The notes beneath the pieces were generated by a model, which saw only the letters and a program-made list of their open reading frames with translations, was not told where the DNA came from and made no database searches. A stretch of 64,000 nucleotides of DNA, taken from positions 12,400,001 to 12,464,000 of the forward strand of contig JBHGNT010000013.1 in assembly GCA_043228905.1 (NCBI GenBank), given 5' to 3'. This document shows, one piece after another, positions 1-12,557 of the stretch; position 1 is the first letter of the stretch; the number at the start of each line of letters is the position of its first letter. Position numbers and translations under genes: made by a program. The DNA comes from Azolla caroliniana. Its lineage: Eukaryota; Plantae; Polypodiophyta.

Positions 1-1236
1 AGGGTACAGAGAGCGGAGCGGAGTGTGAGACGTGCGATGTGGCCGCGTAAGGGCCGAGCGACGAGCACGAGGATGAACGACAACGAAGTTCGGCGACAGT
101 GCCGAGTCGAAGAAGCGGCCGAGGCGAGACAAGCATGGACAAAGAGCACACGGTGCAATATCCGGCAAACAGTCGGGAAGAACGAGGATTCGGCCCAAGG
201 TCGCAGGCGGAAAACGAAGGAAACCGAAGAGAGGAGTGCGAAGATCGGGTCTGGCAGATCGGGCAGAGACAGTGGTTCGGCAAAATCCGTCGTGTATGGT
301 GGATCGGATGGAGCCGACGGTTCGAGAGCATACAACGGGTATGGCAGACCGGGAGGCTACGGTGGTCCATGTGGAAGGGACGAGCTTGCTCGAAGTGAAA
401 GACGAAGTCGGGCAAAGTTGACAAGGACGCTAAGGACCCGGTTGATCCCCATGGCCGAAAATCTCACCTCTTTCCCCTTCTTGGCACATACCGATGGATG
501 TGCGGTTTGGTGGGGGCGGATGTCGTGAAGATTTTCGTCCATAGGGGGAAAACCAAGCGGAGTGAGCAAAACCGGGGGTGCAACATTGCACACGCACATG
601 ATGTTTTTGTAAATAAGAACAAATGTAAATTGTAAGAAATGCACCACAAGATTCCTAAAGTATAAATGTGATGTGCACATCCACATGAGAGAGAGAGAGG
701 TACATAGGAGTACGAGGTGAGTAAGGGGCATAGTAGTATGTGTGAGGAGTGGGAGTTAGGGCCCCATCAATCCCTCCTCCAAGAATGCAAGAAAATATCC
801 CCATTGAATGAAGGAGATATTTAGTCTCTCCCTTTGTAATGGCGTCCTCTCCTTATGCTATAAAAGGAGAGGAAGGGGCACCATTGAAGGGGTTGCCTAT
901 TTTGTGTATGGGAGGTATACCGCTTAGTCTAGAGTTCTTACCATTTTAGGGTTAGGGCTTCGTTTAGGGTTTCTTTATTCATCTTCGGTTAGGGTTTTCT
1001 CATAGTCATTTGGTGCGGCCCATGCGGCCACCATGGTTGTAATCATTTGTTCGTTTTAATATAACTTGTTTAGTATCTTGCCGCCGCGATCTCTCCTTCT
1101 ATGTCATGGTCTTATTCTTTCCTCTTCTCCTCTTGAGCTAAGCCTCCACATCATGTCTTATTCTTTCTCCTCTACTCCTTAGTCCGAGACCCCTGTGGTC
1201 CCGCCCTTCTCCACGCACGCGTGTAACAACGCAACA
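1..1236 (+). mobile_element. 3' end of a non-autonomous Trp-PBS gypsy-family element (Arg/Trp-rich ORF tail, PPT, 3' LTR 521-1236)
   Basis: PPT GGTGGGGGCGGA at 509-520, then TGTCGTGAAG...AACGCAACA. Homologous to LTRs 51073-51765 and 58553-59229. Right flank ACGG. Confidence 0.85.
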
Positions 1237-1240
1237 ACGG

Positions 1241-4147
1241 CCCTTATCATAGCACCGTTTTTGTCATGACTGAGCCAATTGTAGATTTTTGTGTATGCTC
1301 ATCCGTAAGATAGGTTGAACTTGTTGCAAGTGCAACCACCAATCCATTGCATCAGTTCGAGTATCTTTTTTGGGCAGATCCACCTTGAAGTTAGGGGGTA
1401 AACGAGGGTCTCTTCCATATAGTGCTCTGAAAGGACTGATTCGAGTCGAGGCCTGCACCGAAGTGTTATACGCATGCGTGATGAAGTGTAGGATCAAGTC
1501 CCACGTTGTGTGTAGTGGATCGATGAATGTGGTAAGTTGTTGTTTAATCGTCTTGTTCGTCCGTTCTGTCAATCCGTTCGTTTGGGGATGATATGAGGAG
1601 GTGAATATTTGTTGAATGCCTAATTGTGTGGCTAATGCTTGCAATACCTCTCCGCTAAATTGTGGTCCTTGATCTGACAAGATTCAAGCTGGACAGCCAT
1701 GTGGGAAAATGATCCACTCCATCAGCTTCGTTGCTATGGTGATAGCTCGTGCATCCGGAATTGCGGTGGTTTTGGTCCATCACGTCAAGTATTTAGATAT
1801 GACTAAGATATACCTGTTTCCTGCTTAGGATTCGGGAAACGGGCTGATGATATCCCATCCAATTAATTCAAAGGGTTCAGAAACAGTAATAGGCTGGAGT
1901 AGGTCATCATTGGAATGGGGTGGCTTAATTTGTTGACATGAGTGACATTGTTTGATGTAGGCTGCGATCGTTGTACGCATTTGCGGCCAATAATATCAGA
2001 GACGGATCTTGTCCAACACCTTGTGGAATCCAAGGTGGCCAGACATCGGGTGATCGTGAAAAAATTACATATATAAATTCCTCAAGCTTTGTGGTATGTA
2101 GATTCGTGGATCTTTCCTTGTTTGTATAAAGTATAAGACATTGTTTTGCAATTGGAAATGGCCGTGTACATTTTTGCTTGTTGTCGATTAGATGTCATGG
2201 GTGATTATTCATATTTGTTCGTCGGCTTGTTGTAGGGCTGCTATATGGGCCATCGTTGTGGGTAATTGGACTACTGTAGGGTTGAATTGAACACATTGTG
2301 TTTCTACTCTTGACAACCCATCGACAATCACATTTTGGACTCCTTTTTTATAAGTTAATGTGTACCAATACTCTTGTAAAGCCATTGCCCATCTTAATAG
2401 GAGACCTGGTCTGGTGGTTGTGGCTTGTTAATTAGATGGACTAGGGGTTGGTGGTCTCTTTCGACGTTGACGTGGGTGCCATGTAAATAGGGATGGAACT
2501 TTGTGAAAGCCCATACGATTGCTAACCGTTCCTTTTCTGTTGTGGAGTAATTCTTTTCTACAGGAGTAAGGGTTGACTTATATAGGCAATTGGGCTCTCC
2601 ACTCCTGTTGCATCCGTTTGTTGTAGGACGGCTCCCAATCCATGATTGGATGCGTCTGTCTGCAAAAGAAAGGGGTGTGAGAAATCTAGGTGAGCCAACT
2701 GACCTGCTTGGTGTAGTGTATTTTTTAATTGGATGAAGCTGTTCTCATATTCTATTGTCCACTCAAACTTGGAGCCTTTTCGCAATAGGTGTCGTAGGGG
2801 TGTTGTCATGGTGGTCATACTCGGAATGAATCGGAGTGAAAAAGTCGTCATGCCTAAGAAACGATGTAAGGATTTAACTGTGGTTGGTCGGGGAAAATTA
2901 GTCACGGCCTCGGTCTTCTTTGGGTCCATCTGTAGGCCTTATGCAGAAATTATGTAGCCCAAAAACTTTAGCTGTGTGCTACCCCATCTGCATTTTTTCC
3001 ACTGTAATTTCAAATTGTGTTGTTGTATTCGTTGTAGAACTGATTGTAATACTTGAATATGTTGTGGCCATGTGGAAGTATGAATTGGAATATCATCTAG
3101 GTATATGAGTAGTGTACCATCAGCGATTAGGTCTGCGAAGATTGAATTTGCCATCCGTTGAAATGTGTTGCCTGCATCGAACAAGCCAAATGGCATCCTG
3201 TTGAACTGGAATAGGCCTTTGTGTGTTCTGAAAGCTGTCTTATGTACATCTCTTGAGTCCATTGGAATCTGCCAATATCCGGCCGCAAGATTGATACAGG
3301 TGAAGTACTTGGAGCATCCCAACTGGTCCAAGACGTCAATTATTCGCGACAGAGGGTAAAGGTCATGGATGGTAACTAGATTGAGCTTGCGAAAGTCAAC
3401 ACAAAATTGGTATGTGCCATCATCCTTTTTGACCATGTGTCGCTCTGATACCCAATCACTATGCAAGGGTGAGATGATCCCCTTTTTAAGCATCTCATTC
3501 ACCACTTGGTCAATGCGTGCATGATCTAAAGGAGAACGTCGTCTTGCTGTTGTCCGGACAAGTGTTGCGCTTCCTATGTTGATGACATGTTGGACTGGGA
3601 ATGAGACTGTAGTGGGCTTGTCAGATGAGTTGATTAGCTCGGGGTATTGAGGTAAAATCTTGTGTACATCATTTAGGCAAACCTCCTTGCTTAATGCTAC
3701 CTGCGCATTGCTGATTTGTTGGTTGCATTTGCTGGTGAACAGGGGAACTGAACTTGCTTGTGGTAATGTGAGGCGACACGTATGGAAATCGAGTTGGGCC
3801 CTGCTCTTGATGAACCAATCACATCTGAGTGTGAGTGGGAACAATTGATGTGGAAGTACGTACAAGGTGTGCGTGATTGTGGTGGAGTCTAGCTTGAGTG
3901 TGCAGGCGGTTGTGGCATTGGACTTATATAGGCGTTGGTGATCGCCGAACAACACCTTGATTGGGGGGGCTTTGGAGGTTGAAAAATTGAGGTGATCAAC
4001 TAGATCTTGGCTGATGGAAGATATGCTACTACCGGAATCGAAGAGAACTTCCTGCGGTTTATTGAGAATTGTGGCCAGGGCCGTGCACACGGGAGAACTT
4101 GAGGATGTGGATGCTTGTATGTGCGGGGGTTGTGCTCCCTTCAACAC
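1241..4147 (-). pseudogene. pol: gypsy pol (protease, RT, RNase H, integrase) with stops and frameshifts
   Basis: VLFDSGSS protease; FCVDFRKLN...MPFGL...YLDD RT; LQTDASNHGLGAVL RNase H; SDQGPQF...YHPQTNGLTER integrase. Confidence 0.92.
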
Positions 4148-4176
4148 CCCGCGACTCAGTTTTCCGACAGGTCAGC

Positions 4177-5809
4177 CTAGTAACTGTTGTCAGCCAAATG
4201 TACTTGCACATTCTGCTTCTGTGTTTGGTTGTTCCATTTCAGATAGTGTTTCTTCACGTGCCCATAGTTGTTGCAAAAAAAACACTTAGGTCTTCCTTGT
4301 GCATCACATGTTGGCAGGTTCCTTCTGTTGGGAATATGTCCCTCCAGTGGGAGGAAGAACCGACTGATCGGAAAGCCGACAATCGATGACAGGGAAGATC
4401 CGACTGTCCGGAATGCCGACAATCGAAGAGTCGAAAATAGTGAGTCGACTATTTGAAGATTCGATTATTATTATTATAGTAATAATAATGATGATGATGT
4501 GTGGAAACAAGTCCCTCCAGATGGGAAAGACAGAGGAGCCGAGTTGATGAGTGACTCGGCCGAGGCCGAAACCAGAAACGTGTATATAGCCAACTCGGGA
4601 GACTATAATCGTGGAAGTCTAAGTGTGCGCCCCATGAGGGCTACGTATGTAAACAGCCGGAAAGTTGTGTAAGTATATATACAACTAGGGCAAACTTTAC
4701 GCGCAGTGCAGAGGTTGTTTTATATAGAGGTTGTAAAACACAATGGATCGTGAGAGAGAGAAGGGAGAGTCGTGCCATAGTTGTGTGTGTAAGAGTAGAA
4801 GCGAAGAGCCCTATGCAGCTGATACACTCAATAGAGTGTTGTAATCATCTCTGTATTGTATATCCACTATACTATAGTGAAGAATCTGTTCACCCATGGT
4901 TTTTCCCCGTTTTAGGGTTTCCACGTAAATCTCTGTGCACTGTTGTGTGTCTTGTTTTTTCCGACATTTCTGTGATTTGTATTTCAGCGCGTAGTTCGTT
5001 TATTGTGACCTATTCCGCATCAATTTCTCAACACCTTCTTGCTTGTAGTTGAGCATTCTGGATATTGATTTCCATCGGCGTGGTGTTGCTGTTGTACTGC
5101 TTCTCGGAATTGACATTGGATGACCAACTCATTTGGAGTTCTGTTTGCATTGCTGCTTCAATGTGTTGCGCAATGAGGATGGCTTCTTGAAATGTTTTAG
5201 GGCCTTGGTCGCGCACTCGACGATATATTTTTGGGCGTAGCTGTGGCCATAAGAAGAATAGCTTCATCGATTTTGGCATTGTTGGATTTGCGCGAGTAAG
5301 TAATTGCTGTAATCGGATTGCGAATTGTGTCACTAGCTCATGTTGTTGTTGTTTGATAGTCTCTAGTTGTTGTAGAGCTATCTGAGTTGAGTCATGGTGA
5401 GCGAAATTCCCGATCATGAGGGATTTAAGTATCGACCAATTGTTCTTGGACTCCTCTGTTTTTTGTATGAACCATGTGGCCGCAATGCCCTCCAATAAGG
5501 TTCACATCTCCAGTGCTTTCCGTGCTTTGGGCCATTGATGGTAGCTTGCCACCATCTCAAAATGATCGAGCCAAGAAAGGATTTAGGTCATACTCGTGGA
5601 TCTGGGCGATTAGCGTGCCTATCTGTTTGCGAAGAGAAAAAAGATAGCATGGCCTGATTAGTGAAATTTGATTGTATTGCGATGTTAGATACCGCTTGTA
5701 TTAGTTGATCCATCTGAAAAGTTTGACGATTTTCTTGGTGCTGTTGCAGAAATTCAGGATTCATGTCGGTGCATTCTGTTGCACCGTTGTTCTGCATTGG
5801 AGATGCCAT
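4177..5809 (-). pseudogene. gag: gypsy gag, split by the solo LTR 4326-5033
   Basis: Retrotrans_gag-like LEGIAATWF...QLETIKQ; PMEI motif; degenerate zinc knuckle CFFCNNYGHVKKHY rejoins after removing the insert. Confidence 0.85.
4326..5033 (+). mobile_element. Solo LTR (copia-type termini)
   Basis: TGTTGGGAA...TTCTCAACA flanked by 5-bp TSD CCTTC (4321-4325 and 5034-5038). Start resembles the copia LTRs at 22261 and 23898. Confidence 0.88.
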
Positions 5810-6533
5810 ATGTACGTTAGTTTCGACTTGTTGTTGTTGCGTCTTGTTGTGTTGGGGTAGCGTTGCGACTTCTTCTTCTTGATGTGGTGGTGTCTAATCT
5901 GTTGGAGTAGCGTCTTGTTTTTGCTTCAGTTTTTTCTTGATTTGGTGTGTTGATTGTTGCCCGTCTTCTCCACCAATGTGTGTAAAATGCCTTGACAAAA
6001 CTCTCCCCTTTTTCCATTCCATCTGAATGCCTTTATACACCTTTTGTAAAACATTCCAATATCCATTCAGTTATCTTGGCACACTTCTAGTTACTTTCCT
6101 CTAACTAACCTTTTACTTACTATAGCATAACTAACTAACCCAAGGTCTAACTCCCCTAACCTTGGTTATAGCCACTTGGGTTAGGTGAGGGGTTTTAGCC
6201 TGTGGTTCACGTGACCCCACAATATAATAGAGTTTATACTTCAAATGAAGCATTTTGCAAATCCATATATGTAAATGAATGTTCCTCTTTTTGTTTCCAA
6301 TCGTTTCTTTAAGTTTGAATTAGGGATTCCTGAAAGTATAAAATACGTAAAAGAATTAACTAATTAGTAATAAAGTTTTTATAAAGAATCGAATAAAAAA
6401 CAAAATAGTAAAAAGTATGTAGTAAAAAATTACAATGACTTTGAGGATCTCCAATTGCAACCACCATAGTCATTAACTTGTGAAGAATCAACATGATTCC
6501 TATATATATATAATACATAAAACAAGTAAGTAA

Positions 6534-7587
6534 TTAGTAATAAAAATAATAAGTAAAGTCTGAAATAAAAAACAACCAAGTAAAAAGTATGCACACCTTA
6601 ATTTTCCTTTGATTATCATTTAAGATGTAATCTATTATCTCATCTTCACCAACAAGATCATCCAAATTCATTATTAGTTCTTCATAAGTAGTGTGAAAAT
6701 TATCTATCAACTGAACATTAGATTCTTTTAAAACATCCATCCATGATCGAATACACATTTTAGCTTTGAATGTGCATAAATGAAGTTTGACCCTGTTATC
6801 AAAGCTCATTTTTTATGTTGAATTAGCCTCTTGAGCAAGTATTAATCACATGCCATCCTATATAGTTGTGGTATTGCAGATTTATTATCATTCCACCATT
6901 GTAAAGGATCCTTGTTTGTGCCAGCTGAAGGAAATCTTATAAAGTGCTCAATTTCTGATTGTGAATCAGAAACAAGACTTTTATTATTTACACCCATTAA
7001 ACTCCAAATTTTAGAGTTATTATCATTTGGAGGTATTGTGGTTGAAGCCAACGATGGTTCGACATCACTCGAGAGTGAGTGGTAATGGGATGCAATCATG
7101 CTTTCAACCAACTTAACATCTAACTCTCTTTCTGTATGATCATTTGGAAAAGGAAATCTATGTAACGAATAAAAATAATTAAAACTCAAATAAACAGTCA
7201 GCAAGCATGATGACAATTGTAAGACATAAAGGTAAGCATTACTTGGGATCAAGAAACATTCTTATGAGAGATGGAATAGACTTTTGCTTAATATTGTAAG
7301 CATTTTTGAGATGCGCTTTGAAATACCTCTTGTGCCAATCTAGATGATGTTGGAAGTGAAGAATCTAAAAATTGATTACAATGATTTAGTAAACAATTAT
7401 ACGCTAGAGATGCTAGTGATAATGTGGGATATCTTGAACCTCCTAGAAAAGTAGAAACCTCTACAAGTGTATCTAGCCATTCCTCCATGGCATGTATGTG
7501 ACTCCAATCTTCTCCGGTCAAGAAATAACCATTGAAATCACTTGATACTGTAAATTTGAAACTGTTAAAGTCAATGGGTGAAAGCAT
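6534..7587 (-). pseudogene. hAT transposase C-terminal remnant (hATC dimerisation region)
   Basis: EDW...LGGSRYPTLSLA, KDPLQWWNDNKSAIPQLYRMACD and RVKL...KMCIRSW are typical hAT/Ac C-terminal motifs. Broken into three ORFs. Confidence 0.8.
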
Positions 7588-7911
7588 GCGAGTGGAAACA
7601 ATTAGCTATGTCCTTGACATAGCTAATTAGCTAAGCAAAAAGCTACAATTCATAAATAGTCATTTTTGAAAAAAACCTACCATTGATAAATTAGCTATGC
7701 AAAAAGCTACCATTGAAAAATAGTAGAGAGTTTTAATTATATAAATGAGCACCATAAATGTGCAACATAAACGTGCAACATAAATTGATATGTGCACCAT
7801 AAATTATATACCGAATTCTTAGGTCAATTATGTATGATCATTTGCCACATCACATGGGCCATCTCTAGTTAAGTATTCTAGCTTAGATTACTACCACTCT
7901 TGCTAAACCCT

Positions 7912-8595
7912 ATTGAGTCCACTCCTCCATTGCTGCCATTCTACACTCAGTTACCGCCACTGTGCGGTCCAAGTATCATCTGCCACTGTTCGATCTGACG
8001 GAGTTCACTCCTCCATTGTCGCCATTCTACATGCATTTGCCACCACTGTTCAGTCCAAACATCATCTGCCAAGTTTACTCCTCCATTGCCGCCACTCTAC
8101 ACTCAGTTGCCGCTACTGTGAAGGTCGTATATTGCTGCCACTTTTCGATCCGATGGAGTTAACTCCTTCTCCACTGGCGCCATTCTACTCTCAATTGTCG
8201 TCACTGTGTGTTCGAAGCCTCATCTGTCATTGTTCGATTTGACGGAGTTCACTCCTCAATTGCCATCATTCTACACTCAGTTCCCGCTACTATTCGTTCC
8301 TGGATTGCTGCCACTTTTTGATTTGACGGAGTTCACTCCTCCATTGCTATCATTCTACACTCAGTTGCCGCCACTGTTTGGCAATGGATGAGTGTTTCGA
8401 GCATCATCTCCCACAGTTCGATCCGACGAAATTCACTCCATTGCCATCATTCTACATTCAGTTGCCTCCATTGTTCGGTCCTGGATTGGCAAAATTGTTC
8501 GATCAAACGGAGTTCACTCCTCCACTACCGCCATTCTGCACTTAGTTGTCGCCACTATTTGGCCTTGGATTACCGCCACTGTTCGGTCCTGGATT
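7912..8595. repeat. Degenerate tandem repeat, about 8 units of about 70-100 bp
   Basis: Recurring GAGTTCACTCCTCCATTGC..CCATTCTACACTCAGTTGCCGCCACTGTTCG. Confidence 0.85.
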
Positions 8596-9563
8596 TAAAT
8601 AATTATTTTGTCTATTAATTATCTTGTGTATTGTTCTGTATAATCTTGTGTATTGCGGAATATTTTTGTGTATTGTTGTTGCCTATAGACATCTTAAATA
8701 CGTGTCTTTTTTTTCGGAAATATTAGGGTTTAAATATGTCAAGCCAAATGGAAGGGGAAGGAGGGTGTTTAGAATTACCCCTTAATGATCATCAAGATAG
8801 GGATGATGCTATTAGGACACAACAAGCGATACAAAAGTATTGGGCAGAAAAAAAAAAACATCATCAATTGTTGAAGGATACGAAAGCCACACTTACTAAA
8901 GGTAAAGATAGTATTGGTTGGGATATAGGTCTAAATATCATTGAGAATGGAAGTAATGAGACTACTATCATAGAGAGAAAGGTTGTAGACTATTTGAATG
9001 TTCAAACCAAGCACATCAGCAATGAAGACAAGAAGGTAGTACTTTATGAAATATTAAATGATCCATCGATAAAGGAGTTAGTTGATTGTGATGGTCTTAA
9101 TGCAAACATAACATATGTACTAGTAAATAATCTCCGTAATAGTTTCGTATCCATGAGCAGGTCAGAAAATGATCTTGTCTTAAAAAGGTCTAGTCTAATG
9201 ATGCTACTTAATAGTAATGACGATATTAACATCAATGTGTTATCTAAGGTAATTGGTGTTAGTAGAAAAAGTGTGTACAATAGATTGAACCGGATAGTTT
9301 CCTCAGGTGAAGGAACTAGTCTACTAAAGTTAACAACAGATGTAAGACAATGACAACCATAACATCAGAAATCAAGGATATAATCACAATATTTTGGACT
9401 AATATGAGTAGGGTTTCACCAATAAGAAGGATTTATGCATGAAACGTGTTGAAAGGATTTATGCAAGAAACGTGTTGGAAGGAGTCAATATGAGGAGAAT
9501 CCCATTCATCTTCTTGATGTTCCTTAGGTATTTACATTTACCTCAACATTTGTTTTGACTTTT

Positions 9564-12557
9564 TGTTACCCGTAAGAATATATTGGGAGGCATAAGGGTA
9601 TGTGTAATGATGTGGTTGATGTGTATGTATAATATGAATGAGTGTGTGAGGATGAGTATGTGTATGTGTATGAACACATGCACATTTGTGTGCATGTGTA
9701 CAAAGGTGAGAAAGTGGGTAAGTAATGTAACTCCCTACTTGTCTCATTCTTTATTTGTAACAGTTACCTCTTGTACTATATAAACCCACCCATGGGGCAT
9801 AATGGAACATAGCTTTTTCCCTCTCATTTTATGTTTGTCTCATTGTTTCTCTTTCCTTCTCTTTCTCTCACATGTAACCCCCTTGGGAGGGGGGTGGAGC
9901 TATTCTAGGCTTCACCCCCCACCCATCAACACTTTTGGCACGCCCAAACGGACGACCCTCCTTTGAGAGGAAGTCTATCCCTCACTCTCCCTCTTTGTGT
10001 GTTTGTACGTCTGTCTATTGTGTATGTCTCGCCCCCGCCCCATCCTGTCACAACCTCTTAGAGTTTTTAGGGTTTGAAGATCGCCATCGCTCCACCTCCA
10101 CGGAGCCCCAACCTCTCATACCTCGCACGGATGTTGTCGCTGCTCCCGAATGCCCTCCCAATCGTGCCATCTCTTTCGACAACTTAGGCCTCATCAAGGT
10201 CGCGGAAAGCTTAGGAGAGAATGGACACCCTCAAGTCGTTGCAAGGTGGGGTGAGCCACAGCCTCAGAAGAGCATACAGAAACCCACTCTGTGCCGATCT
10301 CCTTGCCTCGTCTCGCAAGCTCCCCCATCGCCATGGCCTCTCTTGGCTCCCTCCTCGCTTCTAGGCTCCTGAAGCGCGTTTCTTCTTCGTCTTCCTCCTC
10401 TTCTCCTGCATCTCTGCTGCACCTAAACCTAATCTCTTCCAGAGGCTTTCATGGCGACCATCATGCAACGGCCCCCTCCAAGAGCCTCTTTGGCATTGCT
10501 TGTGCCTCCAGCTCTAAGTTTGCGGGAGGTGATATCATTGGTATCGATCTCGGAACTACTAACTCTTGTGTCTCTACCATGGAAGGAAAGATTGCTCGTG
10601 TTATTGAAAATTTCGGCACATCGGATGAGGACTGTCTGAGGAAGGGAAAAGCAGCACGACATCTCCAGAATCATAAGGAGAGTTTCTGAAGGTAGTGAGC
10701 CAGCTAGCTTTGCCAAATAGATGATCTATCAGAGAAAAGGCTAACAGAATATACGTGAAGCATCCATCACCTATGGCCTTTTGGAGAGGATGGAGTATTT
10801 TACCTCAATCCTCTAGTAGAGCTATGATTACTCTATAGATGTTGTGCTTGCGGAACAACACCTTCCATCTAACCACCCTGTGACTGTGTGCCTCTCATTA
10901 GAGGATGTTTCTATAGGGCATTATTCCTTCAGGGAAGAGCCTGTTGGACCTATGTTCTATGCAACCTTCAATCAGCAATAGACTAATATACCCTATGAAA
11001 TCTTCACGTATTGAGAAGGCATTTCCAGCAACCTCACTAGAGCTTTGCACTCTGCTTGTCACCGCACTAAGCTGATTTATAGTGCATACATAGGATCAAG
11101 GATTACTCTCGAGCAAAAAGGCTTTGTAATTATACCACAATGACAAACAGAAACTAGTGGTTTCACAAGTACTGCCATCACTTTTTAGTACCCATTGGGT
11201 GGTTCAAGATTCAGATATCTACATCTCATGTCCACTGGCGACATAGTCTCCATCTTCCTCATTGATAATGGCCTCTCTCCTATGAAGATTAAGGACAACC
11301 GACAATCGGTGAATTTCTTCTCTATGAAACTGAAAGAGGGTGATGTTTTAGCGGCCCATTGGAATCCGAGAGCCAAGAATGATGGACAGTATTCGCACCG
11401 GGGCCACTTCGGCGTAACCCCCGTTGGCCGCTATCACCGCCGTCATTCGCTAGAATCGAAATGGAAGCAAATGGTTCGTAGCCCTATATTGATATGTCCT
11501 TATGTGGTTCCTAGCAAAAAGAAGGTCAAGCAAGATATTGATGATGTCGAAGGAAGGGGAAAAGAAGGAAGGTTGATTCAAGTGGAAAGAGGGAAAATAA
11601 TCAACAAGGGCGATTTTCCAGAATGAAGTAGAGAAGATTCAGAAAAGTGACGAAGAGGAAACAAGAAGAAGATCGAGACTAGACAGACACATAAAGAAAA
11701 AGATAGAAGAAGAAGAAAAAAGAAAAAGAGGTGCAATTGATAGAATTTTAAAAAATGACAAGGCCAAAGAAGACGGAATTTCAAAACTTGTAGGGAAGAG
11801 AGGAGAATTTCGAAAACTCAAGGGTAAAAAAATAATTTGAGGGTAAAAAAAAAGAAAAAAAGAAATTTTTTAAAACCAAGGGGTACAAATCATGAAATTT
11901 CAAAAACACAACTCACATGATGAAAGAAAGAATACACAAACGCACAACACGATTTCACGACCCATGCCACATTGAACTAGTCGATTGGTATATGATCCAA
12001 TCGTGACTTGTGCTGACCGAACGAGAAGGTTCGAGTCAAGCAAAGCTCCGATCAAAGTTATTGATTGTAGAGCAGTGATCCGGTCAAGGGATTTCCGATC
12101 GTTGAGATGACCGATGGAGTTCCGCTCAAGAAGAGTTGCCATGGCGAGTGGGTTCACCGTGCAATGCACTATCCCACAGGCGTGCCATGTGTTACTTGTA
12201 AGAATATACGGGGATGCGTAAGGGTATGTGTAATGATGTGGTTGATGTGTATGTATAATATGAATGAGTGTGTGAGGATGAGTATGTGTATGTGTATAAA
12301 TACATGTACATTTGTGTGCATGTGTACAAAGGTGAGAAAGTGGGTAAGTAATGTAAATCCCTACTTGTCTTATTCTTTATTTGTAATGGTTACCTCTTGT
12401 ACTATATAAACCCACCCATGGGGCATAATGGAACATAGATTTTTCCCTCTCATTTTGTGTTTGTCTCATTGTTTCTCTTTACTTTTCTTTCCCTCACACG
12501 TAACCCCCTTGGGAGGGAGGTGGAGCTATTCTAGGCTTCACCCCCCACCCATCAACA
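9564..12557 (+). mobile_element. Non-autonomous LTR retroelement (LTRs 9564-9931 and 12190-12557) inside the transposase intron
   Basis: Two similar 368-bp direct repeats TGTTAC...TCAACA. Flanks CTTTT/CTATT (5-bp TSD, one mismatch). TATA box at about 9777. tRNA-Arg-type PBS TGGCACGCCCA at 9936. No recognisable gag or pol. Confidence 0.9.
10333..10612 (+). pseudogene. HSP70: Captured 5' fragment of mitochondrial HSP70 (transit peptide plus start of ATPase domain)
   Basis: Ser/Arg-rich presequence MASLGSLLASRLLKRVSSSS..., then DIIGIDLGTTNSCVSTMEGKIARVIEN (Hsp70 signature 1, DnaK/mitochondrial type). Similarity stops abruptly. Confidence 0.88.

Larger units (their letters stand above)
1241..6221 (-). 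mobile_element. Degenerate Ty3/gypsy element (5' LTR about 5981-6221, gag, PR-RT-RH-INT), 3' end interrupted
   Basis: Minus strand starts TGTGGGG at 6221. PBS-like TGGTGGAGAAGACGGG (tRNA-Ala-like) at about 5960-5975. Gag and pol fragments follow in gypsy order. Confidence 0.85.

Noticed and set aside
945-1000. Interstitial telomere
   Set aside because: Motifs are dispersed within LTR copies, not a tandem TTTAGGG tract.
10291-10689. Functional HSP70 gene
   Set aside because: Only about 30 residues of the mature protein are present, inside an LTR element.
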